A stretch of DNA of 40,696 bases, taken from positions 1 through 40,696 of the IMG/VR virus record IMGVR_UViG_3300022777_000107. One strand, written 5' to 3'. The DNA is from a virus (Duplodnaviria > Caudoviricetes). The notes beneath the pieces were generated by a model, which saw only the letters and a program-made list of their open reading frames with translations, made no database searches and was not told the DNA's origin. Shown here in pieces: positions 26,415-35,108 of the stretch; position 1 is the stretch's first letter; every line of letters begins with the position of its first letter. The position numbers were made by a program, and so were the translations under genes.

Positions 26415-26903
26415 TCACGGCGTGTACGTCCACTTCAGACGCACGTTGACGATCTGGCGGTGGTGGGTCGGCGTTTCTTCGACGTCGTCAGCTTCTTCCG
26501 GTGGATCCGCAGTGATCCACTCGTACCCCGATGGACTGGCATCGGTGCCTTGAAAGCAGGTCGAGAAGACCTCATCGGCCAGCTCCGTCGCGACGACATC
26601 TGGGTGCGTGTTCTGTTGATTGTACACCGACTCCGTATCCGGGCCGCCCCAGCAGTCAGTCTGAATCAGGTAGATGCGATCCTGTATCGGCCCGGCGCCG
26701 CCGGCGTCCATCCCAGTTGCCTGTGTTTGCCCACCGCCGGGCACGATGAAGTCGCTGCTGACGACGGCAATCTGCGGGTAGTCTCGGGACCCATCGTAGT
26801 CGGCGTGGACGATATCGTCGCTGTTCGTCCACGGGACTGACGGTGCAGTGTCATCGAAGTTGCTTCGGAGGAACGACACGAGGTCGTCTTTGGCATCTGG
26901 CAT
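26415..26903 (-). CDS. Tail terminator-like protein
   Basis: Position; YPQIAV...IQTDCW pattern. Confidence 0.65.
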   Translation of the reverse strand: MPDAKDDLVSFLRSNFDDTAPSVPWTNSDDIVHADYDGSRDYPQIAVVSSDFIVPGGGQTQATGMDAGGAGPIQDRIYLIQTDCWGGPDTESVYNQQNTHPDVVATELADEVFSTCFQGTDASPSGYEWITADPPEEADDVEETPTHHRQIVNVRLKWTYTP

Positions 26904-27250
26904 CAGACGCGCACCACCGAGAGTACTGTGACACCGCTGTCTTCCGGATGCGACTCCACGACTTCGAACGTTTGGCCACTGGGGTGGGCCAGCCGACTCG
27001 GATAGCCGCCGGACTCGCCTGCTTCGCGGATCGTCGGCGTAATGTCGACGGCTCGGATTTCGAGGTTCGTCTCGATTTCCTCGCCACTCGATGCCTTCGC
27101 CGTCTGTGCCGTCCGTGATCGTCGCTCCATCACACCAACCAACGTCCCGTCATCACTATAATCCGGAGTGTCACGACCGCCGCCGCCGGAGGCGTTCCTG
27201 ACTGTGTACTCTTTGCCTTCGGAGCTGATCAGCCGAGCTACGGCACCCAT
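26903..27250 (-). CDS. Head closure (stopper) protein
   Basis: Position, size, beta-rich (GQTFEVVE). Confidence 0.6.
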   Translation of the reverse strand: MGAVARLISSEGKEYTVRNASGGGGRDTPDYSDDGTLVGVMERRSRTAQTAKASSGEEIETNLEIRAVDITPTIREAGESGGYPSRLAHPSGQTFEVVESHPEDSGVTVLSVVRV

Positions 27251-27251
27251 C

Positions 27252-27623
27252 TCAGTTCACCCGTTCGATTCCGACGGATGCTCGCATGGTTCCAGAGTCA
27301 ACCAGCCCCTTTTGAGTGATGATGCGGATCATTTCTTGTTCTACAGCCAGTGCCGTCGCTTTGACGAGTTCCTCTTCGCCGGCTTCTAAGACCGATCCGG
27401 CGTCCAAGAATTCTTCAGCACGAGCGGGATTCGACTGTACGCGCTGGGCAGCCGGCCGGGCGAACGGCCGGGCCTTCATTTTCGATGTTCCCAACTCGTG
27501 ATAGACTGCGTACTCGACTGTTGGCCCGACGACGTAGGTTACGTCACCAGAGAACTCGAATTGCACCGACCTGAGAAAATTGATCAGCGGTGCCAGTCCG
27601 GAGACCGACACTCCCCAGCCCAT
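27252..27623 (-). CDS. HK97 gp10-like neck/tail completion protein
   Basis: VGPTVEYAVYHELGTSKMKARPFARPA; VDSGTMRAS. Confidence 0.85.
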   Translation of the reverse strand: MGWGVSVSGLAPLINFLRSVQFEFSGDVTYVVGPTVEYAVYHELGTSKMKARPFARPAAQRVQSNPARAEEFLDAGSVLEAGEEELVKATALAVEQEMIRIITQKGLVDSGTMRASVGIERVN

Positions 27624-28018
27624 CAGTCGATGCCTTTCGCGTCGGGGACGCCGACACTGGCACTCGGCTTGCCGGCGTCGATGTTCAGCAAGCTGTCTGG
27701 GGCTCCGAGTCGCTCGGCGCGACCCCGGAGTTTGTCGATTTGTGACTGCTCGTAGGTCTTCGATGTCCGACCAGTCTGTACGCTTTTCGCAGACCGTTCG
27801 CGTGTCTCGACGATGAACAGCGCGGCCAACACCGCCTCCAGGTCCCGACGCTTATCCGTTGAGTCGGCGGGCGGGCTGGCCATCTCGCGGTCAATATCGC
27901 GGGAGACACGACCGATGATCCCGTCATCATTCGCGTCGTTGGGGTCTCCCTCGATATCCGCGTCGTCGAGATTCGTGTCGATTTCAAGCCGCACATCTGA
28001 CGCGTTCGCTGTGACCAT
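27623..28018 (-). CDS. Head-tail adaptor protein
   Basis: Position; helical N-half then KSVQTGRTSKTY hairpin. Confidence 0.65.
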   Translation of the reverse strand: MVTANASDVRLEIDTNLDDADIEGDPNDANDDGIIGRVSRDIDREMASPPADSTDKRRDLEAVLAALFIVETRERSAKSVQTGRTSKTYEQSQIDKLRGRAERLGAPDSLLNIDAGKPSASVGVPDAKGID

Positions 28019-28021
28019 GCG

Positions 28022-28390
28022 TCAGCCGTCCCGTCGGTCGTCGATGGCGTTTTGGACTGTCTGGCTGGTCTCGGCCTCGGCGATCGTGTCGAGATGCTCG
28101 TCTACGTCACCATCTTCGACGCGGTCGGCACGAGTCTGGTAGTCCTGATCAAGCCAGGTCTCGATCTCGAAGGCTTCTTCCTCGGTACCTTCCTCGGTAC
28201 CTTCCTCTTCGTTTTCCTCGTCTCCGTCGCTGCTGGCCTCGTCACCCACTTCCTCGTCGCTGACCCGGACCAGTTCGGTGTTGGGCTCGCCGATGCGCTC
28301 GGCAAGTTCGACGACTTCGCCGGGTTCGACGATACGGTCGTTGGCGTGGTCCTGGTAGGATCCATCGCCTGTCCACTCGTAGTGTGGCAT
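28022..28390 (-). CDS. Hypothetical virion-associated protein
   Basis: PGEVVEL N-domain, acidic linker, helical C-domain; typical post-MCP gene. Confidence 0.7.
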   Translation of the reverse strand: MPHYEWTGDGSYQDHANDRIVEPGEVVELAERIGEPNTELVRVSDEEVGDEASSDGDEENEEEGTEEGTEEEAFEIETWLDQDYQTRADRVEDGDVDEHLDTIAEAETSQTVQNAIDDRRDG

Positions 28391-28392
28391 GA

Positions 28393-28665
28393 TCAGGAGA
28401 GGTCACTGCCGAGGCCGGCGACTTGGACCCACGACGACCCGTCGTAGAAGACGAGTGCGCCGTTGCCGGCGTTCGACGTTGGGTCCCAGTTGCCGCCGTC
28501 GCTCACGTAGAGATCGCCTTTTTCTGGCGAGGAGGGTTCGCTGTCCTGGGGCGGAAGCTTGCGACCCGCTGACCCGATGTTGTCGAGGATGTTGTTGACG
28601 GCCGACCCAGTGCGCTGCCGGGCGAACGCGCCGTCCGCCTCGCCAGTGCCCTGCTCGTCAGCCAT
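28393..28665 (-). CDS. Hypothetical protein (possible head fibre/decoration)
   Basis: PSSPEKGDLY...FYDGSSWVQ fibre-type motif. Confidence 0.6.
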   Translation of the reverse strand: MADEQGTGEADGAFARQRTGSAVNNILDNIGSAGRKLPPQDSEPSSPEKGDLYVSDGGNWDPTSNAGNGALVFYDGSSWVQVAGLGSDLS

Positions 28666-28666
28666 C

Positions 28667-29851
28667 TTAGGCTCCCGTGTAGTAGACGGTGCCCTTGATC
28701 CCGTCGTAGGTCTTGCGGACGAACGGCACCCGAGCGCTGAGGGCTTTGTATTCGGTTGCGAGGCCCATCTCGACCTCTTCGGAGAGGTTGGTCGGGCCCT
28801 GCGCGTTGATCACCTCGACGAACTCTGGGTCCTGCACCGTCATGACGAGTTCGCCGTCCGAGAGTTCGCCCGCTGCGCTTATCTCCAGGTACGGGAAGTC
28901 CTGCTGTAGCCTCGTCATGACGGACTGGTTGCCGTCGCCTTCGGGATCCGGCGCGCGGAGATCGCTGCGCTGATTGGGGTGATGCCAGAGCCACGCCCCC
29001 ATCTCGACCGGGTCTGGCCCGCGGTCGTTGTTCGAGGTCTGGGACTCCAGGTCGTTCAGCATCGCCCGAACCGTCGAGTGGATGTTCGACGCGGTGCTGA
29101 AGCTCCCGTCAGCGCTGCCGGTGATTGCGACGGTGGAGTCTGTCAGCCCGTACATCGAGAGCGTGTTGCCACGCGGATCCTCGACGGTCTGAGACCAGCC
29201 GTTGAGCATCTGACCTTCTTCGACCTCGCGAAGGATGCGGCCGGCCTGGCGGGCCTTCCGCGTCTCGACATCCTCGCCGAAGTTCTGAGACTGCTGCTGT
29301 TTCCGCGTCGAGATCTCGTAGTCCACGTGCGCGATCGGGATTGGCGTACCGAAGATCTCCAGCACAGAGTCGTCATCCCGCGATATCGCACGGCCGTCCA
29401 TCGACCGTTCTCCATCGGTCTTCCATCGCGACTCCCGCTGTCGCGTGTAGACGGTACGCGCGAGTGAGGAGCCGACATCGAAGCCGGCACCGAGGATCTG
29501 ATCGACGATCGTCAGCGAGTAGCGCACCTCCTGCATGTTGTCTTCGTCGTGGCCCTCCCACTCTTCGAAGTCCAGCGACTGGTCGTTGGCCGTCGCGGTG
29601 CTGTTGGGCCGTGGCCGGTAGAAGCCGTCGCGGAACGCGCGGTCCAGCTGCTTGTAGGCGCGTTCCTGCCAGGTGGCGGCTTTCCGGCCCAGGTTGCGTT
29701 TGACCTCGGAGAGTGCGTTCGCCCGGAGCGCGGCCAGCCGTTGCTGCTGTTCGCGCTGGTTCCCGGCGAAGAGTGCCATCGCCTTCGACGGCGATATGTC
29801 GTCTTCGAACTCGTCGGGTAGCTGTCGGTTTGCTGAGAGACTGATGCTCAT
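28667..29851 (-). CDS. Major capsid protein (HK97 fold)
   Basis: 394 aa after scaffold and decoration genes; PIPIAHVDYEISTR...EEGQMLNG...YGLT pattern. Confidence 0.85.
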   Translation of the reverse strand: MSISLSANRQLPDEFEDDISPSKAMALFAGNQREQQQRLAALRANALSEVKRNLGRKAATWQERAYKQLDRAFRDGFYRPRPNSTATANDQSLDFEEWEGHDEDNMQEVRYSLTIVDQILGAGFDVGSSLARTVYTRQRESRWKTDGERSMDGRAISRDDDSVLEIFGTPIPIAHVDYEISTRKQQQSQNFGEDVETRKARQAGRILREVEEGQMLNGWSQTVEDPRGNTLSMYGLTDSTVAITGSADGSFSTASNIHSTVRAMLNDLESQTSNNDRGPDPVEMGAWLWHHPNQRSDLRAPDPEGDGNQSVMTRLQQDFPYLEISAAGELSDGELVMTVQDPEFVEVINAQGPTNLSEEVEMGLATEYKALSARVPFVRKTYDGIKGTVYYTGA

Positions 29852-30349
29852 TTAGACCACCTCCAGGTCGATGCGGGCGGCTGAAATCCCGGCCTGGTCG
29901 CTGCCGCCGCTGTTGTCGATGTCTTCCAGGGCGCGAGCAAGTGTCGCGCCGTTGGTTGTGGTTGTCGCCAGCGAGCCGTTGTTGCTGGTTCCCAGCGACT
30001 GTGGGATGCCGCCGATGTCTTCGCCGTCGTCGAGGAGCGCGTTCTGAATCTCGTCGCCAGGCCGCGCGACGTAGTACTGCACGTTCTCGCCGGCGTCGTA
30101 CTCGTGCTCGATCGGGATGTCGCTGTCGTCGCCCTTCGGCGGCGACTCCGGCGGAAGGACGATTCTGAACGGGACCTCTGCGTCCGTCGTCTGCACCGGA
30201 CGCAGGAGGGGATCGCCGTCACCGTTGTCTCCGTTGACTTCGACGATCATCCCCGGGTAGAGCGTCTCGCCGCTGTCTACCTCGCCTTCCTTGTAGGCTG
30301 TGTCGTTGCCGTACGCCTTCCCGATGATCTTCGCGTCCGACTTCGCCAT
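29852..30349 (-). CDS. Capsid decoration/cement protein
   Basis: Between scaffold and MCP; LYPGMIVE...YDAGENV...ARALED. Confidence 0.7.
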   Translation of the reverse strand: MAKSDAKIIGKAYGNDTAYKEGEVDSGETLYPGMIVEVNGDNGDGDPLLRPVQTTDAEVPFRIVLPPESPPKGDDSDIPIEHEYDAGENVQYYVARPGDEIQNALLDDGEDIGGIPQSLGTSNNGSLATTTTNGATLARALEDIDNSGGSDQAGISAARIDLEVV

Positions 30350-32187
30350 CAGTCGTCACCTCCGACGACGCCGCTGCCGACATCCCAGTCGTCCTCGTCA
30401 CCGCCGACATCCGCGTTCGCCGTCGCGCCCGTCCCGGGCAGCACAGTGCCCGTGTCGAGGGTTTCCCGCTTGGCTTCGAGTGCGTTTGCCGTCGGGTAGT
30501 CTTCCAGGACGGCCTCGGCGTCCTCGTACTCGGCGCTGTTGGCGACGATCTCCTCGGCAAGGTCCTGCTTTCTGCTCTGTGCATCCGCGTTGGCGACGAC
30601 ATCCTCCAGATCGTCTTCGGTGACCATCTTGTCCTCGATCTCGTCGAGTCGGTTCGCGACCACGTCGATCGCGTCACCGTCATCATCACTGCCGCCGTCA
30701 CCACCGCCGTCGTCTTCAGCCATCACGTCCTCGTGAATCTTCTCGACGCGGTCATCGCAGGCGTCGGCCAGACTCTCTTCGGTGATGGCGCTGTTGCTCG
30801 TGATCTCGTTGATGAGCGTCTGTCTGTTTTTCATGGTTCGTGAATTCGCACTAAGTTCGCAGCCGTCTGCCTCCGCAGCGGTGACCAGTTCGTCTTCGTC
30901 AACTGGCAACACCTCAGCAAAACCGGACAGCCGCTGTTGAGGCGGGCATTCGATCTCCCGGTTCAGGATGTTGTTGACTGTCCCGGGTTGGATTCCTGCG
31001 GCATCCGCCATCTCAGCGACGACTTCGGAGCGATCCGTCTCGTCACCGATTGCGTCGTTGATAGCGGATGTCAGTGTCGCTGCAAGTCGCCTGCCGTTTG
31101 CTCGTGGCATTCCACTGCTACTAATGGAGGAGTCCGTACCGGATTCCGCCGGCTCGTCTCGTGTCTGTTCATGTCCACCAAGTCCGAGGAACGACAGCAC
31201 GTTCCCGAGCAGTCCGTCGCTGTTTGCCGACACTGCCTCATCGAGCGACTCCGGGGCAATCGGCGGGTCCTCGAAGCGGTCGTTGACCTCCGACAACACT
31301 CCCAGGAGGTCGTCAGAGTCAGGCACATCATCTCGGAATCGGAATGCTGCCGCGACGTTGCCTCGCCGCAGCTGTCCCTCGGCATCGACAAGCGGGAACG
31401 ACGACTCGGACTTCGTCTCGCCGTCGAACACGTAGTGTGGCTCGAAGTCGTCGTCCGGGATGTCCGCCTCCTCCAACGTCCCGGTGTCCGTCCCCTCAAA
31501 CGTGACCCCGCCGACTGTCACGTTCGCCGTGAGCATCGTTGATCCAGACCCGCCGTCCTCGGGGTGCTGGCTGCCGTGTGACCCGTCATCGGTCGGTGCG
31601 ACTGGCAGACGAATCTGGTCGCTGTTCGCAGTCGCCTTGCCAGCGGGATCGAACCCACAATCTGGGAGCGAACAGACGCCCTTTTTGTTTGGCAGCAACG
31701 CGATGCCGTCGGGGTCGAGGTTACCCTCGACTTGCTCACGGTACTGGCCGTCGTAGACGCCCGGTGGAAGCGGATCGGCGAAATACTGCGAAGAGACCTC
31801 CAGCGGGTCGCCATTCTCCAGTGCCTCGACGATGTCTGCTGCTTCACCGCCAAGCTCGACGGCCTGGTCGGCGTTGACCGCGAGGTCTGCTGACACTGAC
31901 CCATCGGACTTGCGTTCCGGATTCCGTGCGTGCCCGACGGTAACGCGCTGGCCTTCCGGAGAGTTGAACGAGACGACGCGCCCGCTGTCGTCCCGCGGGT
32001 GATTCACGCCGAGTGGTTCGCCGTCCCAGTCCGGCGCCGAATTCGCGACATGCGAAGCAGGGACGTAGCCGCCTGCGAGTCGCTGCGGTTGCAGAAACGT
32101 GACATCTTTTGCGATGAGGTACCGGTCGCCGTCGATTACCGTCTCCTCGACGCGGTCGGTGTCAACGCTGTTTGTGATTAGACGCAT
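30349..32187 (-). CDS. Prohead protease/scaffold polyprotein (DUF2213-like N-domain)
   Basis: WDGEPLGVNHP, EVSSQY, IALLPNKKGVCS; acidic helical C-terminal scaffold (possible internal ATG at 30834). Confidence 0.8.
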   Translation of the reverse strand: MRLITNSVDTDRVEETVIDGDRYLIAKDVTFLQPQRLAGGYVPASHVANSAPDWDGEPLGVNHPRDDSGRVVSFNSPEGQRVTVGHARNPERKSDGSVSADLAVNADQAVELGGEAADIVEALENGDPLEVSSQYFADPLPPGVYDGQYREQVEGNLDPDGIALLPNKKGVCSLPDCGFDPAGKATANSDQIRLPVAPTDDGSHGSQHPEDGGSGSTMLTANVTVGGVTFEGTDTGTLEEADIPDDDFEPHYVFDGETKSESSFPLVDAEGQLRRGNVAAAFRFRDDVPDSDDLLGVLSEVNDRFEDPPIAPESLDEAVSANSDGLLGNVLSFLGLGGHEQTRDEPAESGTDSSISSSGMPRANGRRLAATLTSAINDAIGDETDRSEVVAEMADAAGIQPGTVNNILNREIECPPQQRLSGFAEVLPVDEDELVTAAEADGCELSANSRTMKNRQTLINEITSNSAITEESLADACDDRVEKIHEDVMAEDDGGGDGGSDDDGDAIDVVANRLDEIEDKMVTEDDLEDVVANADAQSRKQDLAEEIVANSAEYEDAEAVLEDYPTANALEAKRETLDTGTVLPGTGATANADVGGDEDDWDVGSGVVGGDD

Positions 32188-32189
32188 GG

Positions 32190-32504
32190 TCAGCGAAGAT
32201 GGGCGATGAGGTCATACTGTCCAGAGCCGCTGCCGTCGTCGTCGATCTGCAACTTCGCCTTCGGCGACCGTGCCGGCACGTCGAACGTGGTTTGCGTGCC
32301 GGCCGCTACGGCGCTCGCGAGCGACTCCGTCTCGATGTCATTGCCGTCCGCGTCCTGCCAGACCACATCGACGTTGTAGGTCGTGTTGTCCCGCGTGACG
32401 GCTCCCGACAGCTGCTCTGCACCGGGCTGTTTCAGGGGGTGATCGTCTGTTTCACCACTCCCGAGCGATTCGCTCTGTTTCGCAACTGTGTCTCCTGGTG
32501 GCAT
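32190..32504 (-). CDS. Hypothetical head-module protein
   Basis: 104 aa, beta-rich, acidic. Confidence 0.7.
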   Translation of the reverse strand: MPPGDTVAKQSESLGSGETDDHPLKQPGAEQLSGAVTRDNTTYNVDVVWQDADGNDIETESLASAVAAGTQTTFDVPARSPKAKLQIDDDGSGSGQYDLIAHLR

Positions 32505-32604
32505 GGGTGGTAAGAAGTGATCCGTGCCGGGTCTGGTGCTCGGCCCCGACGGGCGTCATCGATTTGCTATCTATCAGAAATCCTCAAGTGAGAGCCGCGT
32601 CGGC

Positions 32605-33609
32605 CTATCCGGCCAGTTTGCGGACGCCCGCACTCGCCGAAACGGCAGCGTTCGCGACAATCGCGTTCGCTGACTGCCCGACCGGCAACAGGGTACATCG
32701 GCCGTTCGGATGCGCCGGCGGCTTCAACCGGTACGTCCCTGCCAGGGAGTCGGCCACCGACTCCCCGCTCGCCTCAAAGTCGAAGGTGCCCTCGCGGGCC
32801 TCCTGAATCGTGTACACGTTGCCCTCCAGTGACAGGCAAATAGGACACACGCGCTGATCGCCGGCCGTCGTCCACTCGCCGTGGACGACCAGGTTTTGCC
32901 CGGCCTGCTCGTACCGATCCAACGAGGCCGTCGAGTGTGAGTTGATGACCTCCGTCCGCGCGATGGTTTTTAGCCGTGTTTGCGAGATGGTATCGATCTC
33001 GCCGTTGAGCCGGCGCGCCATTTCCCGCGGGTTCACACCCTCCGCAAGGCCCTGTGCCATCTCGCGGCGGAGCTGGTCTCCCATCTCGTCCGTGACATCG
33101 GTGAGATTCTCGAACGTGCGCTGGTACAGTTGCTGTAACTGGCGCTCCGTGACCGGGAGCTCGACGACAGCGGCCACGTCCTCAGTAGCCTCGAAACCAA
33201 CGCCAATCTGGGCGAGTCGTCCTTCGGCCTGCTGCCATCCCTTTATATACCCGTCGCGGATGTAGGGTGCCGTCCAGTGCTCGCCGTTCAAGACTTTCGA
33301 GCGTGTTTTTGAGTCGGCGAGGGCCTCATCGATCTGCGTCTCGATCCAGCGGCGAAACTCTTCGCGACCAGACAGCTCGGTGACGAAGTCGAATCGGTCA
33401 TCTTCCGCGTTTGCCGACAGCCCCGCTCCAGGAGCGTCCTGCTTCAGGTGCAGCGCGTCAGTCTCGTAGCCGATCTTGCGCCGAACCCGACCACGGAGAT
33501 CTCGGACCCGGCGTTTCACCTCGCGAATGAAGTCTTCTCGGGTCTCCAGCGTCCCTGTCGGGTCTCCCGACAGCTCGGCGTTGGCCGACGGAGCGAGACA
33601 CGTGCTCAT
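32605..33609 (-). CDS. Minor head protein (MuF/SPP1 gp7 family)
   Basis: RLKTIARTEV, WTTAGDQRVCPIC, PPAHPNGRC. Confidence 0.92.
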   Translation of the reverse strand: MSTCLAPSANAELSGDPTGTLETREDFIREVKRRVRDLRGRVRRKIGYETDALHLKQDAPGAGLSANAEDDRFDFVTELSGREEFRRWIETQIDEALADSKTRSKVLNGEHWTAPYIRDGYIKGWQQAEGRLAQIGVGFEATEDVAAVVELPVTERQLQQLYQRTFENLTDVTDEMGDQLRREMAQGLAEGVNPREMARRLNGEIDTISQTRLKTIARTEVINSHSTASLDRYEQAGQNLVVHGEWTTAGDQRVCPICLSLEGNVYTIQEAREGTFDFEASGESVADSLAGTYRLKPPAHPNGRCTLLPVGQSANAIVANAAVSASAGVRKLAG

Positions 33610-33659
33610 GGCTTACAGTCGGCGCGTGACCAGACCCGACGCCGCATCAGTCGTCATCC

Positions 33660-35105
33660 TCACTTTCCGTTCCCCGAGAGGAACTGCTCGCGGAACTGCT
33701 GTTGAACTGCTGGGTCGGTGTCATCGACGGTGTCGTTCGCGGCGGGTTCGTCCTGTGCCTCACGCTCTGGGAACTCGCCGGTCGAGACATACTCTTCTGC
33801 CCGCTCGCCACGGAGATCGGGCACGACCGTCTGTAGGTTTTTGACGACCTTGGACCGACTCTGCTGCTGGTCTGCGCGTTCGGACTCAGACAGCTGTGTC
33901 AGATCCGGCCACTCGACGAAGTACGTCTCGCCCGCGGGCTCAGGCAAGATCCCCAGCAGCACTTTGCGATCTATCGCGGCCCGAGCGATGTACGGCGTTG
34001 CGTACTGTTCGCGACGCTCCGAGATCGTCCCGAAGTAGCTTTTCTCGTCTTGCTCGGCGCCGGCCTGTTCTCCCTGCTGGTTGCCTCGGAGTTCGCGCTT
34101 GGGGATGCCCGTGGTCGCCGCAATCTCATCGAGATTCGGTTCGATGATGCCCTCGGGATTGGCGACTTCGCCTCCCAGGCTCTCGGCCTCCGTACCAACC
34201 GTTTTGATCCAGGGTTGGATCCCGTGATACCACCTCTGCAACTCATCGTCCATGTCGTCGAGGTCGGACGTGTCCACCTTTGTCGGATCAGCGTTGAGGT
34301 GGAGGCCTTTGTCGGCACCACGATAGGCCATTTCAGCGACGGCGCCGAGCGTCTTCTCGATGTCGAGGATGTTGTTGAGGACAGGCTCGACGCGAGGGCG
34401 GGCGAGCGTCTCGTCGTCCAGGAGTCGGGTAGCGGGGATGTTGATCGCCCGCGTCCAGTGGACGTGTAAAGTGTCGTCGCTCTCGTCACCGTGATCGTCA
34501 TCAACATCATCGCTGATGTCGATGGTGTATCTCGTGGGCAGGCCCCAGCGATCACTCCCGGGCTTGCCGTAGTCGATGTTCTCAATCTGAGACTGATGGA
34601 AGACGCGGTACTGGCGGATGGCGTCGAGACCATCGAAAGACGAATTCCTGGCATCCTCGCTGAACCCATCCGGATCGTCAGCGTCGGAGAGTCCGAACAC
34701 GAGAAGCCCATGTTCGCCGATGCCGGCGAGGCGATCACCCCGAGCCGCGTAGCTCCAGATGTTGGTTTTTCGACGCAAGCGATCAACTGCCGCCTCGAAC
34801 TCTGTATCAGCCTGGTCAGCTGCATCAACGATCGTCGGGTTGTCTCGCCAGGTCGTCAGTGCTGGTTTATCGACGACCGTCTTCGCGTACCCGTTCCGAA
34901 GGTACAGCGACAGATAGTCATCGGCATCGGGGTCTTTCGGCCAGCCAAACGTTTCGTACGTATCACGGATATCGCCGTCCTCACCGAACGTGTTGAGGTT
35001 GCCAAGCGCAGCAGCGAGACCCAACCGCAATCCCGTCATGTCGCTGGCGTTCGCGATCGGATTAGTCTCCGACACGTGACCGTTCTGAGAAGGTTCTGTA
35101 CTCAT
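33660..35105 (-). CDS. Portal protein (DUF1073-like)
   Basis: Follows TerL; YLRNGYAKTVVDKPA, IAATTGIPKRELRG. Confidence 0.88.
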   Translation of the reverse strand: MSTEPSQNGHVSETNPIANASDMTGLRLGLAAALGNLNTFGEDGDIRDTYETFGWPKDPDADDYLSLYLRNGYAKTVVDKPALTTWRDNPTIVDAADQADTEFEAAVDRLRRKTNIWSYAARGDRLAGIGEHGLLVFGLSDADDPDGFSEDARNSSFDGLDAIRQYRVFHQSQIENIDYGKPGSDRWGLPTRYTIDISDDVDDDHGDESDDTLHVHWTRAINIPATRLLDDETLARPRVEPVLNNILDIEKTLGAVAEMAYRGADKGLHLNADPTKVDTSDLDDMDDELQRWYHGIQPWIKTVGTEAESLGGEVANPEGIIEPNLDEIAATTGIPKRELRGNQQGEQAGAEQDEKSYFGTISERREQYATPYIARAAIDRKVLLGILPEPAGETYFVEWPDLTQLSESERADQQQSRSKVVKNLQTVVPDLRGERAEEYVSTGEFPEREAQDEPAANDTVDDTDPAVQQQFREQFLSGNGK

Positions 35106-35108
35106 GAG

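Noticed and set aside
28187-28210. Short tandem repeat encoding EEGT EEGT
   Set aside because: Low-complexity acidic linker within a CDS; no evidence of separate function.
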